DNA of 64,000 nucleotides from a virus (Duplodnaviria; Caudoviricetes). This document shows, piece by piece, positions 41,631-49,379 of this stretch; the first letter of the stretch is position 1, and the number at the start of each line of letters is the position of its first letter. The notes under the pieces are model-generated. The model did not search any database, had not been told where the DNA came from, and worked only from the letters and a program-made list of their open reading frames with translations. The position numbers and the translations under genes were made by a program. The DNA is taken from IMG/VR virus record IMGVR_UViG_3300025732_000016; one strand, 5' to 3'.

Positions 41631-42682
41631 TATGCGAACTCGTTGTGGCTGGTAGGAGTAAGAGCGTCATCTATCAACTCATTTTGAGCGGCGTACTTGC
41701 AGTATGAGCAAGCATGATATCTTCTGACTCCGTTAGAATCTTGAACTCCATTATAGAAGTCAATGATTCCGTTTATATCACAAATTTTGAACTCTGGGTT
41801 CACTTTGTAGGAGTTTTCTACTGCCATCTCTGCGCAGGGACAAACGTAAACATTCCCATCAGTGAAGACAAACGGCTTGAAATTGTGCATGTAGCAGTGA
41901 TTGTTTCTTCTCTCCCCCTTCCAGTTGAAGTCTGACAGGAACGCGTACTTAAGGTTTCTTCCTTCGATGTCAACTCTTATCCTTTCGAGATCCTTTCTGA
42001 TCGTGTCAGCGTCTTTGATAGAGTTGAAAGCTATTCTAGTAGGAATCTTTTCCCTTTCCACAAATTCGAGCATTCTCTCAAAATGCTCAGGCGTTTGCTT
42101 GTTCTTTGACAGCTTCTTACCCTTCGTCTCAGACCAGTTTCCATGGATGTTCGGATTTTGTGAAGTCTCATGAGCTAGATCCCAAATGTAAGCAGCGCCA
42201 ATTTCAAGATTGGGATACTCTCTCAGAGACGCGATATCATATTCGTAGCCCTCTGTGAAACCGTACATCCCTAGTCTTATCCAAGTGAGCTTGTCCCAAA
42301 CTCCTCCGACCTTGTGCCACTTGTTGATCATCGTTCCGTTGGTTACGACACCAACTTTTAGACCCTTTTCATAAGCATAGTTTACTACTCTGCCAAAATC
42401 TGGGTGGAGAGTGGGCTCTCCACCACCGGTCAACTCCATCCCTGTTGCTCCAAGCTCAACGAAGGAGTCGATTGCCTTCTTCATTTGATCAAGTGTGAGC
42501 ATTTCCTTAAGAGCTCGATTCGCAAAGCAACAAAAGCTGCACGTCAGATTGCAAGGATTGCAAGGAGACATGTGAAACATGACTGGAGAGGGTCTCTTGC
42601 CGTCCTGCAAGAGTTGTATCTTTGGTAGATGCTTCAGTAGCTTCGAAACGTTAGAAGTGTATGTCTTTCCCTCAACCATCAA
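41630..42682 (-). CDS. Radical SAM protein with C-terminal SPASM/twitch-like cysteines
   Basis: CNLTCSFC (CX3CX2C), LTGGGEPTLHP, VVTNG; C-terminal CY...DGNVYVCPC...CSYC. Confidence 0.92.
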   Translation of the reverse strand: MMVEGKTYTSNVSKLLKHLPKIQLLQDGKRPSPVMFHMSPCNPCNLTCSFCCFANRALKEMLTLDQMKKAIDSFVELGATGMELTGGGEPTLHPDFGRVVNYAYEKGLKVGVVTNGTMINKWHKVGGVWDKLTWIRLGMYGFTEGYEYDIASLREYPNLEIGAAYIWDLAHETSQNPNIHGNWSETKGKKLSKNKQTPEHFERMLEFVEREKIPTRIAFNSIKDADTIRKDLERIRVDIEGRNLKYAFLSDFNWKGERRNNHCYMHNFKPFVFTDGNVYVCPCAEMAVENSYKVNPEFKICDINGIIDFYNGVQDSNGVRRYHACSYCKYAAQNELIDDALTPTSHNEFA

Positions 42683-43377
42683 TAGTTCTCCTTATAGCCG
42701 TGAACGATGGGGTAATTTCGCCAATCAGGCTGTCTATGAACCTCAGCCAGCCACTCGGCAGCCTCATACTCAAACCCGCATCTGCTGAAGTGAAATGTCA
42801 TGTTACAGTCAAAAGCGCAAATGCTTCTGTCGCTAATCTCACTCGAGATTGGAGGATTATAGAACGTCGTGTCATGCTCTTCAAGAGAATAGTTCACTGC
42901 ACTTTCATAGACCTGCATGAAAGAACTTGACTTATAGACACTACCACCGCAGGCTCCAAACCTGCCTGATCCTACACAGCCGCGATTTCTGAGTATCTCG
43001 CTGATTCCTTTCGGAGGCATTTGGTTGGCAGTCGGACCCTTTATATCGAATCCATCAAAATCAACTCTTTTCTGCACTAGAACATCATCCTCAAGAATGA
43101 TGATGTAATCTGTCTGAGCATGCTCGACAGCCATCTTGTGGCGATTCCAGGCTTCGATTGTTCTTTCAGAGTTGTAGAAACCTCTGTCAACACCCAAAAT
43201 GTTGTGACGCATGATAAATTTCGCGTCATAGACTTCAGCAATGTCTGTGAAGTCGCTGCCGCCGTCAGAGATCAATAGCACCGGACTGTCCGGATAACAG
43301 GCACGAAAACTCTTCATGGCCGCTTCGGTAGCTTTCTTGTTCTTGTAAACTTGGAAGAAAGCGCCCAATGTCTTCAT
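42679..43377 (-). CDS. GT-A fold glycosyltransferase (GT2-like)
   Basis: SFRACYPDSPVLLISDGG, YIIILEDDV (DXD-like), CGGSVY. ATG at 43377 with GGAG RBS (ORF track starts at 43443). Confidence 0.7.
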   Translation of the reverse strand: MKTLGAFFQVYKNKKATEAAMKSFRACYPDSPVLLISDGGSDFTDIAEVYDAKFIMRHNILGVDRGFYNSERTIEAWNRHKMAVEHAQTDYIIILEDDVLVQKRVDFDGFDIKGPTANQMPPKGISEILRNRGCVGSGRFGACGGSVYKSSSFMQVYESAVNYSLEEHDTTFYNPPISSEISDRSICAFDCNMTFHFSRCGFEYEAAEWLAEVHRQPDWRNYPIVHGYKENY

Positions 43378-43414
43378 GACGATCTCCGTGTGGCTTTTCA
43401 ATTCAAAAATAGAG

Positions 43415-44230
43415 CTATTGGGCCATCTGGTAAAATAACTCAAAGTTTCTGTGAACAGTGTTGACGTTGACTAAAACGAGAAAATCACTTACTCTTTCCT
43501 TGAGCAGATATCCGAGAGCTATCTGGTCGTTCCCAAGAAGATCATTCGGTAGCATTTTGCACGTTAGCACTTCATCAATCATCTTATGAAGTTTCTTTGC
43601 TCCATCACGATCGGTACCGAACAAGCCTCCCATAACATAAGAACGATTGTCGTTGAAGTATTCGGTTGGAAGTCTTTCTGCAGAGAACAGATCAGAGTAT
43701 GGGTAGACATAGGCTTGAATCAAAGACTTTCCCGGATGTTTGCTGATCTCATTCATGAACTGATTGCCTGGGAAATCTTTGCTGGAGCCAAAGTCAAAGT
43801 CTCCAACCAACCGAGAGAAGCCTGCGTCCATCCACACAAAGTAATCAGTGTCAAAATAGTTTTGCTCTGCAGCGTTGTTCAACCACGGGAACTTTGAAAA
43901 CTGGATTATCGAATAGAGGCTGGTCTTGCACTCGATTCGATGTGGATCCTTAACTTTAGCTTGATACTCAGCTTTGTTAAGAAGCTCATCCATCTTTGGC
44001 TTGAGATGAAAGTATGGAACTTCATCGAGTCTTTGGTTGATGATTTTAGTTTCTCTGCCTTCTGGTCTGTTCTCGAGTATGAAAGAGTTTAGCGACTCCT
44101 CACAATAAATGACCATGGAACAACTGAGCTTGAGAGTCTTGGAGAACCACTCGTAGTACTCTTCCATCCCTCTACCGTCGAACTCCTTACGACCGATGTC
44201 GAAGAGAGCAGTCACAACTGTCGCTTTCAT
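43415..44230 (-). CDS. WlaTC/HtrL-family glycosyltransferase
   Basis: TVVTALFDIGR, MVIYCEE, YSIIQFSKFPWL...NYFDTDYFVWMDAG, GGLFG, NDQIAL. Confidence 0.8.
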   Translation of the reverse strand: MKATVVTALFDIGRKEFDGRGMEEYYEWFSKTLKLSCSMVIYCEESLNSFILENRPEGRETKIINQRLDEVPYFHLKPKMDELLNKAEYQAKVKDPHRIECKTSLYSIIQFSKFPWLNNAAEQNYFDTDYFVWMDAGFSRLVGDFDFGSSKDFPGNQFMNEISKHPGKSLIQAYVYPYSDLFSAERLPTEYFNDNRSYVMGGLFGTDRDGAKKLHKMIDEVLTCKMLPNDLLGNDQIALGYLLKERVSDFLVLVNVNTVHRNFELFYQMAQ

Positions 44231-45190
44231 TTACTCTCCATGTCTGCTCATTATCTGTAGCACTTTTGGCACGTACACATCAGAAACTATGTGAGACCAG
44301 TCGAAGTTCTTTGCGTAATCTCTTATCTGCTCTCTCATCTTCACAGATGCGTTTCTATTTTCTATAATCGCGCTCTCTACGAGACGTTTGTCGTCGATGT
44401 CTTTTTCTGGTATTACGCTGATAAAAGGCAGACTAGTGTCAAGATTTGCAGATGCGTATTCGGATATCACGATCCCAAGACCCGCTGATAACGCCTCTAG
44501 ACAAACGAGAGGGTGAGCTTCTCCGTCGCTCAACAGGACCAGGTTCGCAAAATCTGTAAGACCTTCATAGATTTGAGACTTCTTCCACTCCCCAAGATAG
44601 TCGGGAGAAGAAACATCGAATTTTGGGTCTACGCAATTTCCAACGAACTTTAGACCAGAGACTCCTTGAAATTGTGACTGCCTCTTCCTCGGGTCTATCT
44701 TCGCAAGATAGACAGATTCATTGGGTTTGTTGCACTTCTCTGTGAAGTGAAATAGATCAGTCCTGACTCCGTTAGGTATCACATGTAGCTTCTCTTGTGG
44801 AATGTTCGCCTTCTTGTAAACTTCTGCGATTCCTGAGCTGAGACAGAACACGTCAATGTTCGCATTGACAAAGCCCCAAAAGATGTTTCTATAGCTTGGG
44901 TCCCACCTGTTTGGTTGTTCTAGATAGCCATAGTGGCTTGTGACCGCTACTTTCTTACAATGAAAGTACTGAGACAGAAACACGAACTCATCATATTGAA
45001 TGTGTACGAAGTCAGGTTGCAGACTGTTCACTATGCCTACGATTAGATTCGGGTCTCTTGTGTTGACTATCTCTACACGATGACCAAGACTTTCTAGCGT
45101 TTTTCGATAGTCCTCGATGAGAATCTCAACAGCTCCCCAGCCTTGAGGGGGTATTGACATTGCTCCAGGACCGACTATGCAAATCTTCAT
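44231..45190 (-). CDS. Glycosyltransferase, GT4-like
   Basis: GPGAMSIPPQGWGAVE, VIPNGV, LAKIDPRKRQ, SDGEAHPLVCLEALSAG. Confidence 0.87.
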   Translation of the reverse strand: MKICIVGPGAMSIPPQGWGAVEILIEDYRKTLESLGHRVEIVNTRDPNLIVGIVNSLQPDFVHIQYDEFVFLSQYFHCKKVAVTSHYGYLEQPNRWDPSYRNIFWGFVNANIDVFCLSSGIAEVYKKANIPQEKLHVIPNGVRTDLFHFTEKCNKPNESVYLAKIDPRKRQSQFQGVSGLKFVGNCVDPKFDVSSPDYLGEWKKSQIYEGLTDFANLVLLSDGEAHPLVCLEALSAGLGIVISEYASANLDTSLPFISVIPEKDIDDKRLVESAIIENRNASVKMREQIRDYAKNFDWSHIVSDVYVPKVLQIMSRHGE

Positions 45191-45915
45191 CTAACACCTG
45201 CGAATCTTGGAAACTCTTTCATATCTTTGTCAAGGTGAACGAACTTCGTCGGAAAGTTGTTCCTTACGTGTTCATATCCGTGTTGTGGTTGCGCAAACCC
45301 AGGGTGTAAGGTCTTTACAGAACTCTTTCTTTGTAAGAAGTATTTGTTCATGTGAGACTCATCGTGCCAAACAGCTACGATACCTTTCTCATAGTCTTCA
45401 TCAACTTTTGCCTCGAGCTCCTCTACCATCTTCACAAATTCAGTAGACTTACCGCCCCAAAGACAGCCTTGCCAGTAGTTGCTAAGATCGTAGTATCCGT
45501 CGAAGATGTTTGCTAGAGATCTGGTGTCAGTTTCGAATGTCCCGATCTTACCAATGAACCCTGGGTGTTGCACTCCGACGAGCTCATCAAGAACTTCTTC
45601 TCCAACTTCGTCGATACACCATAAGTCTGCGTCGACGAAAAAGACGTAATCGAAATCAAGCAATCTATCTCTTGCTTGATTAATGAACTTGAAGCGATGT
45701 AGAGTGATGAAGGGCCATTTTGCGTGTTCAATTTGATGAAGAGAGACTCTTTCTCTCTTGAATGTCGAATCAGAAACATCATCAGTGAACACAACATAGT
45801 TCTTCTCGAACTTTCGCAAGAAGTTCTTCTCTATTCCTTCGTAGAAGCCATCGAAGAACTTTCGATATCCTGCTGTGCCGATGAAAATTATGCCAACGTT
45901 CACAATCTCACCCAC
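45187..45915 (-). CDS. GT6 family alpha-1,3-Gal/GalNAc transferase (ABO-like)
   Basis: IFIGTAGY, NYVVFTD, KWPFITLHRF, FFVDAD (DXD), HPGF, YWQGCLWGG, AVWHDESHMNKYF. Confidence 0.92.
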   Translation of the reverse strand: MGEIVNVGIIFIGTAGYRKFFDGFYEGIEKNFLRKFEKNYVVFTDDVSDSTFKRERVSLHQIEHAKWPFITLHRFKFINQARDRLLDFDYVFFVDADLWCIDEVGEEVLDELVGVQHPGFIGKIGTFETDTRSLANIFDGYYDLSNYWQGCLWGGKSTEFVKMVEELEAKVDEDYEKGIVAVWHDESHMNKYFLQRKSSVKTLHPGFAQPQHGYEHVRNNFPTKFVHLDKDMKEFPRFAGVR

Positions 45916-46661
45916 CCAGGCTCATAAATAGTCTCCCAGGTCTTGGGACCTTTCTCCCCAAACCATTGATTCGGAGAGATTACGGCTTTGCTTCCCGAGA
46001 GCCAAGCTCCCCACCAGCTGAATGATGAGTTTGCGATCACGTGGATCGGACACATTGACATCATGCAAAGCGAAACTTCTTGTGAAGAGTCATCGACAGC
46101 AATTTGTTCTGGCAGATTCTCTTTGCACCACTTCGGATCATCGCTAAAAGCCAGAATTCTTGCGTTTGGTATGTTCTGAAGAACGACACTAATCGCGCTA
46201 TTATAGTAGTCTGAGTTGAGATTCTTATGATAACTCGAAAGGCTAAGATAGTCTCCCCTGCGTATGTGTAGGCTGCAGATTGGGCTTCCGTCCATGGATG
46301 AAAGCCTTTCTCTTGCAACTTCAACGGTTTCTTTCTTGAAGGAGAAAATCTTTCTCAAATGGTCTTGTACGTGATTGAAGTATCTCCCAGACTGGAAGTA
46401 ACCATAGAGATCAGTCTCATCTGGTACGAGAAACACGCTAGGGTCAAACTCAAAAACTCTCTCTTGATATTGGGTGAGATTTTGAGTTGTGTCTCTGTCA
46501 GAGACCTGTACTCCTTCCATCTCAAAAACTTTAGTGAGATCTTGTTCAGTTGGCAAGCAAACCTTGTAGCCTCTGGCGAAACCAACAGAGTAGAGAGTGG
46601 CAAATTGGAACATCTGGTTCCCAAGTCGCCCATTCTTACCGATACTTTGCGAAGTCAGCAT
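45900..46661 (-). CDS. GT11 alpha-1,2-fucosyltransferase
   Basis: GRLGNQMFQFA, GYFQS, HIRRGDY, FSDDPKWC, IANSSFSWWGAWL. Confidence 0.95.
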   Translation of the reverse strand: MLTSQSIGKNGRLGNQMFQFATLYSVGFARGYKVCLPTEQDLTKVFEMEGVQVSDRDTTQNLTQYQERVFEFDPSVFLVPDETDLYGYFQSGRYFNHVQDHLRKIFSFKKETVEVARERLSSMDGSPICSLHIRRGDYLSLSSYHKNLNSDYYNSAISVVLQNIPNARILAFSDDPKWCKENLPEQIAVDDSSQEVSLCMMSMCPIHVIANSSFSWWGAWLSGSKAVISPNQWFGEKGPKTWETIYEPGWVRL

Positions 46662-47332
46662 GTAATACCATACACTCTAGCGTAGTGATGTGCAACAGCT
46701 CTTGGAACTCTTGAGTCATACTTCGGATTGTGAACGTGATGGTAGGTGATCAAGCTCTCTTGTAGATTGCCGAGTCTAGCGTGGGGTAACATTCTCATCC
46801 ACAGATCCATGTCCTCGGCGAAAGGATAGAACTCCCAGTAAGAGCCTGATTTCTCGATCAAGGAACTTCTAAAAACGACAGACGGATGCCCAATAGGGTT
46901 TCGACTGTTGAAGAGCCAAGAACAGCACTCTTCATGAGTTAGCGGGTAAGAAGTGGATGAAGTCCCACTAGACTCTGAGACTATCATTTGTGTACCGAGA
47001 ACGTCAACTTCTCCTGTTTCTAAGACTTCTATCTGCTTTTTGAGTTTGTGTGGTAACCACTCATCGTCAGCATCTTGCCTCGCGATGTATTTGCCTTGTG
47101 AAATTTTGATTCCTACGTTTAATGCAGGGACTATTCCTGGCTGAGATTCAACAACTTTCACTCTAGAGTCTTTGATAGACTTTGCAATTTCGAGAGTTGA
47201 ATCTACGCTACCGTTTACGATGATGATGACTTCAATCTCTCGATAATCCTGCTTCACTACGCTGTCAACTGATCTCACAAGAGTCTCTGCAGAGTTTCTA
47301 GCAGGAATGATGACCGAGACGAGTGGATTCAT
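46655..47332 (-). CDS. GT2 glycosyltransferase
   Basis: VSVIIPARN, ALNVGI, YIARQDADD, HPSVVFR, EDMDLWMR. Confidence 0.92.
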   Translation of the reverse strand: MNPLVSVIIPARNSAETLVRSVDSVVKQDYREIEVIIIVNGSVDSTLEIAKSIKDSRVKVVESQPGIVPALNVGIKISQGKYIARQDADDEWLPHKLKKQIEVLETGEVDVLGTQMIVSESSGTSSTSYPLTHEECCSWLFNSRNPIGHPSVVFRSSLIEKSGSYWEFYPFAEDMDLWMRMLPHARLGNLQESLITYHHVHNPKYDSRVPRAVAHHYARVYGITC

Positions 47333-49251
47333 CTAGATCTCTCTCTCCAACCGACCATTGAAGCCGGCTGTTCTCTTCTAATCTTCACGCTGGGAGTGGG
47401 ATTGTTGAAGTCAAGTCTCTTGTGGAAAATCCATCCTCCCATTTCACTTTCCATCTTCGCTGCAAGACTTCTGATTTCTTCTTCAGTAACTTCCGACCAT
47501 GACTTTTCGAAGAACATGTTATTCTCAGGAACGTCTTCTTGAGTTCTATTGTAGAGACTCATCCAGTGCTTTGACCAGTAATTTTTGTAAGTGTAGATCT
47601 TTCTCTCTATGTCATACCACGAGTAGTGATAAACTCCTGGCAGCTGCTCAGTGACAGCGTTAATCCACGATTCGTAATAAGCTAAAGCTTCTTCATTGCG
47701 CAAAAGCGCATGTTGTCTAGAGATCTCTCCTTCTCGAGACATAAAGGTCGCAAAGGGAACACTTTCTCCAGTGTCGCTGTAAATGTAATCGCAGCCATCA
47801 GAGCCAGAAGAATACATTGAGCCGTCAGCATCATAAGCTCTTTGGTCTAGTGGGACGCCATGAGTGATTCTTGGATTGTTGCGACTAAGCCTCCATTTCC
47901 ATGGGTTGACGTCAACTCTTACTTTCCCTTCTCGACCCCAAAATTCGACAAGTGGTAATGCGATAATGTCAACTTCTCTTGGGAAGCTCTTAACAAGATT
48001 TCTAATCTTCGAGTAATCTTCTTCATGAACTACCTCGTCGATATCAACTTGCCAGCAGAAGTCACCCGTGCAACGCTCTCGAGCAATCGCTTTCTGCTGT
48101 CCGTCATAAAGAGCGAATCTCTTGTCGTCCCAGTCTCTCGCGTGTTGAAACGGCTTCAGACGAGGCTCAGACTCAGCGAGCTCCTGCAGCTTCTCCCAGG
48201 TTCCGTCCGTTGACCCACCGTCAACGACGATGACTTCATCACAGAACCCGAGAAGAGAGTTGATGCTCTCAATCCAGGGATACCTCTGCTCAATGCAGTT
48301 CCTCGTCTGCGTGTAACCGCTAATCTTCGGTTCCCACTCCATTGCGCTCCTGATGCCGTTCCAGAATGTTTCCCTGGCGGCGTAAAGGTAGGATTCAGTG
48401 TCGAGTGGATCGCTGGACGTGAACCACTCCTCATTTGCATGCTCGACGTTGTCATTGGTGTGAAGCTTGCAACCGAGCAGCTTAGCCTCGATGACCATTC
48501 GAGGGCAAGTGTCGCCGCCCTTTGGGAGGTAGACGAGACCCTCAGCAGTCGAAAGCTTCGTGAGGAAGTCTCCAGGAGAGACTCCGTGGACTATCTCGTA
48601 GTCATGCCCCTGTGACTTGCACCACTCTACTGCGTCATCGACTCCCTTGATCCAGGACGTTGAGCCCAATACAATCCAGCCCTTTCTCTCAGCATTTGAG
48701 TTCTTCTCCCTGAGCTGCTTGAGAAGAACCCAGAAGTCCTCTTCGAAGACTGAGGACAGGACACTCTGTGGCACGTTCTCGAGAAATGGGAAGAGCTTCC
48801 AGTATCTCTTCTGCTGTCTCTCAGACATCCACCAGAGAGACTTTGCTCCAAGGTAGAAAGTCGAGGCGAGCTTGCCCGCACTGTCGTTCTGACAGTCACA
48901 GGGCTTCTTCTCTGCTACCTCGTGCTTCTCAGGAGAACGGTACTTGCAGAACTTGTAGTCGTACTCGAGCACTGAGTACTTCATGTTAGCAACTATTGTT
49001 GGGATGAGGTCTCTGTTCAACCCCGCCCAGTTCCCAAAGATCCAGAACTTGCTGTGACCCTCCTCAAGGTTCTGAAGAGAGACGTCCTTCGTGTGGAGTT
49101 TGAATACCCTGAATGGTGATGACTTTATGAGAGCCTCAGTTGTGAGCTCCGCGCCACCCACCAGGTCCTCAGCAAAGAAGTCTGCGACGAACACAACATC
49201 GCAGACGCTCGGAACGTGCTTGTTTTGAATTTGAAATTGGCTACTGAACAT
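47329..49251 (-). CDS. Two-domain glycosyltransferase: N-terminal GT-B-like half fused to a C-terminal GT2
   Basis: GGAEL, EYDYKFC, KG...DTCPRMVIEAKLLGC; then ISGYTQTRNC, VIVVDGGSTDGT, WQVDIDE. Probable ATG at 49251 (ORF track starts at 49278). Confidence 0.82.
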   Translation of the reverse strand: MFSSQFQIQNKHVPSVCDVVFVADFFAEDLVGGAELTTEALIKSSPFRVFKLHTKDVSLQNLEEGHSKFWIFGNWAGLNRDLIPTIVANMKYSVLEYDYKFCKYRSPEKHEVAEKKPCDCQNDSAGKLASTFYLGAKSLWWMSERQQKRYWKLFPFLENVPQSVLSSVFEEDFWVLLKQLREKNSNAERKGWIVLGSTSWIKGVDDAVEWCKSQGHDYEIVHGVSPGDFLTKLSTAEGLVYLPKGGDTCPRMVIEAKLLGCKLHTNDNVEHANEEWFTSSDPLDTESYLYAARETFWNGIRSAMEWEPKISGYTQTRNCIEQRYPWIESINSLLGFCDEVIVVDGGSTDGTWEKLQELAESEPRLKPFQHARDWDDKRFALYDGQQKAIARERCTGDFCWQVDIDEVVHEEDYSKIRNLVKSFPREVDIIALPLVEFWGREGKVRVDVNPWKWRLSRNNPRITHGVPLDQRAYDADGSMYSSGSDGCDYIYSDTGESVPFATFMSREGEISRQHALLRNEEALAYYESWINAVTEQLPGVYHYSWYDIERKIYTYKNYWSKHWMSLYNRTQEDVPENNMFFEKSWSEVTEEEIRSLAAKMESEMGGWIFHKRLDFNNPTPSVKIRREQPASMVGWRERSR

Positions 49252-49291
49252 GCAGAATAGTTGTCTTCTGCGCGTCACCAGTAAACAGAAG

Positions 49292-49334
49292 AAGACTCCA
49301 CCTCAGGGCTTGAACAACCGAAAGGCGGAGTCTT
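49292..49334 (-). terminator. 12-bp RNA hairpin between the tail-fibre and glycan operons (terminator or processing stem)
   Basis: Minus-strand RNA AAGACUCCGCCU-N19-AGGUGGAGUCUU pairs fully with one G-U wobble and is followed by CUUCUGUUU. A second 8-bp stem (tcagttct/agaactga) lies at ~49344-49369. Confidence 0.55.
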
Positions 49335-49379
49335 AATAATTGTTCAGTTCTTCTTCAGTAGAGAACTGATACTCAATCT

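Noticed and set aside
49292-49334. tRNA-like element (loop contains GUUCAAGCC)
   Set aside because: The T-stem does not pair beyond one base pair, and there is no D or anticodon arm.
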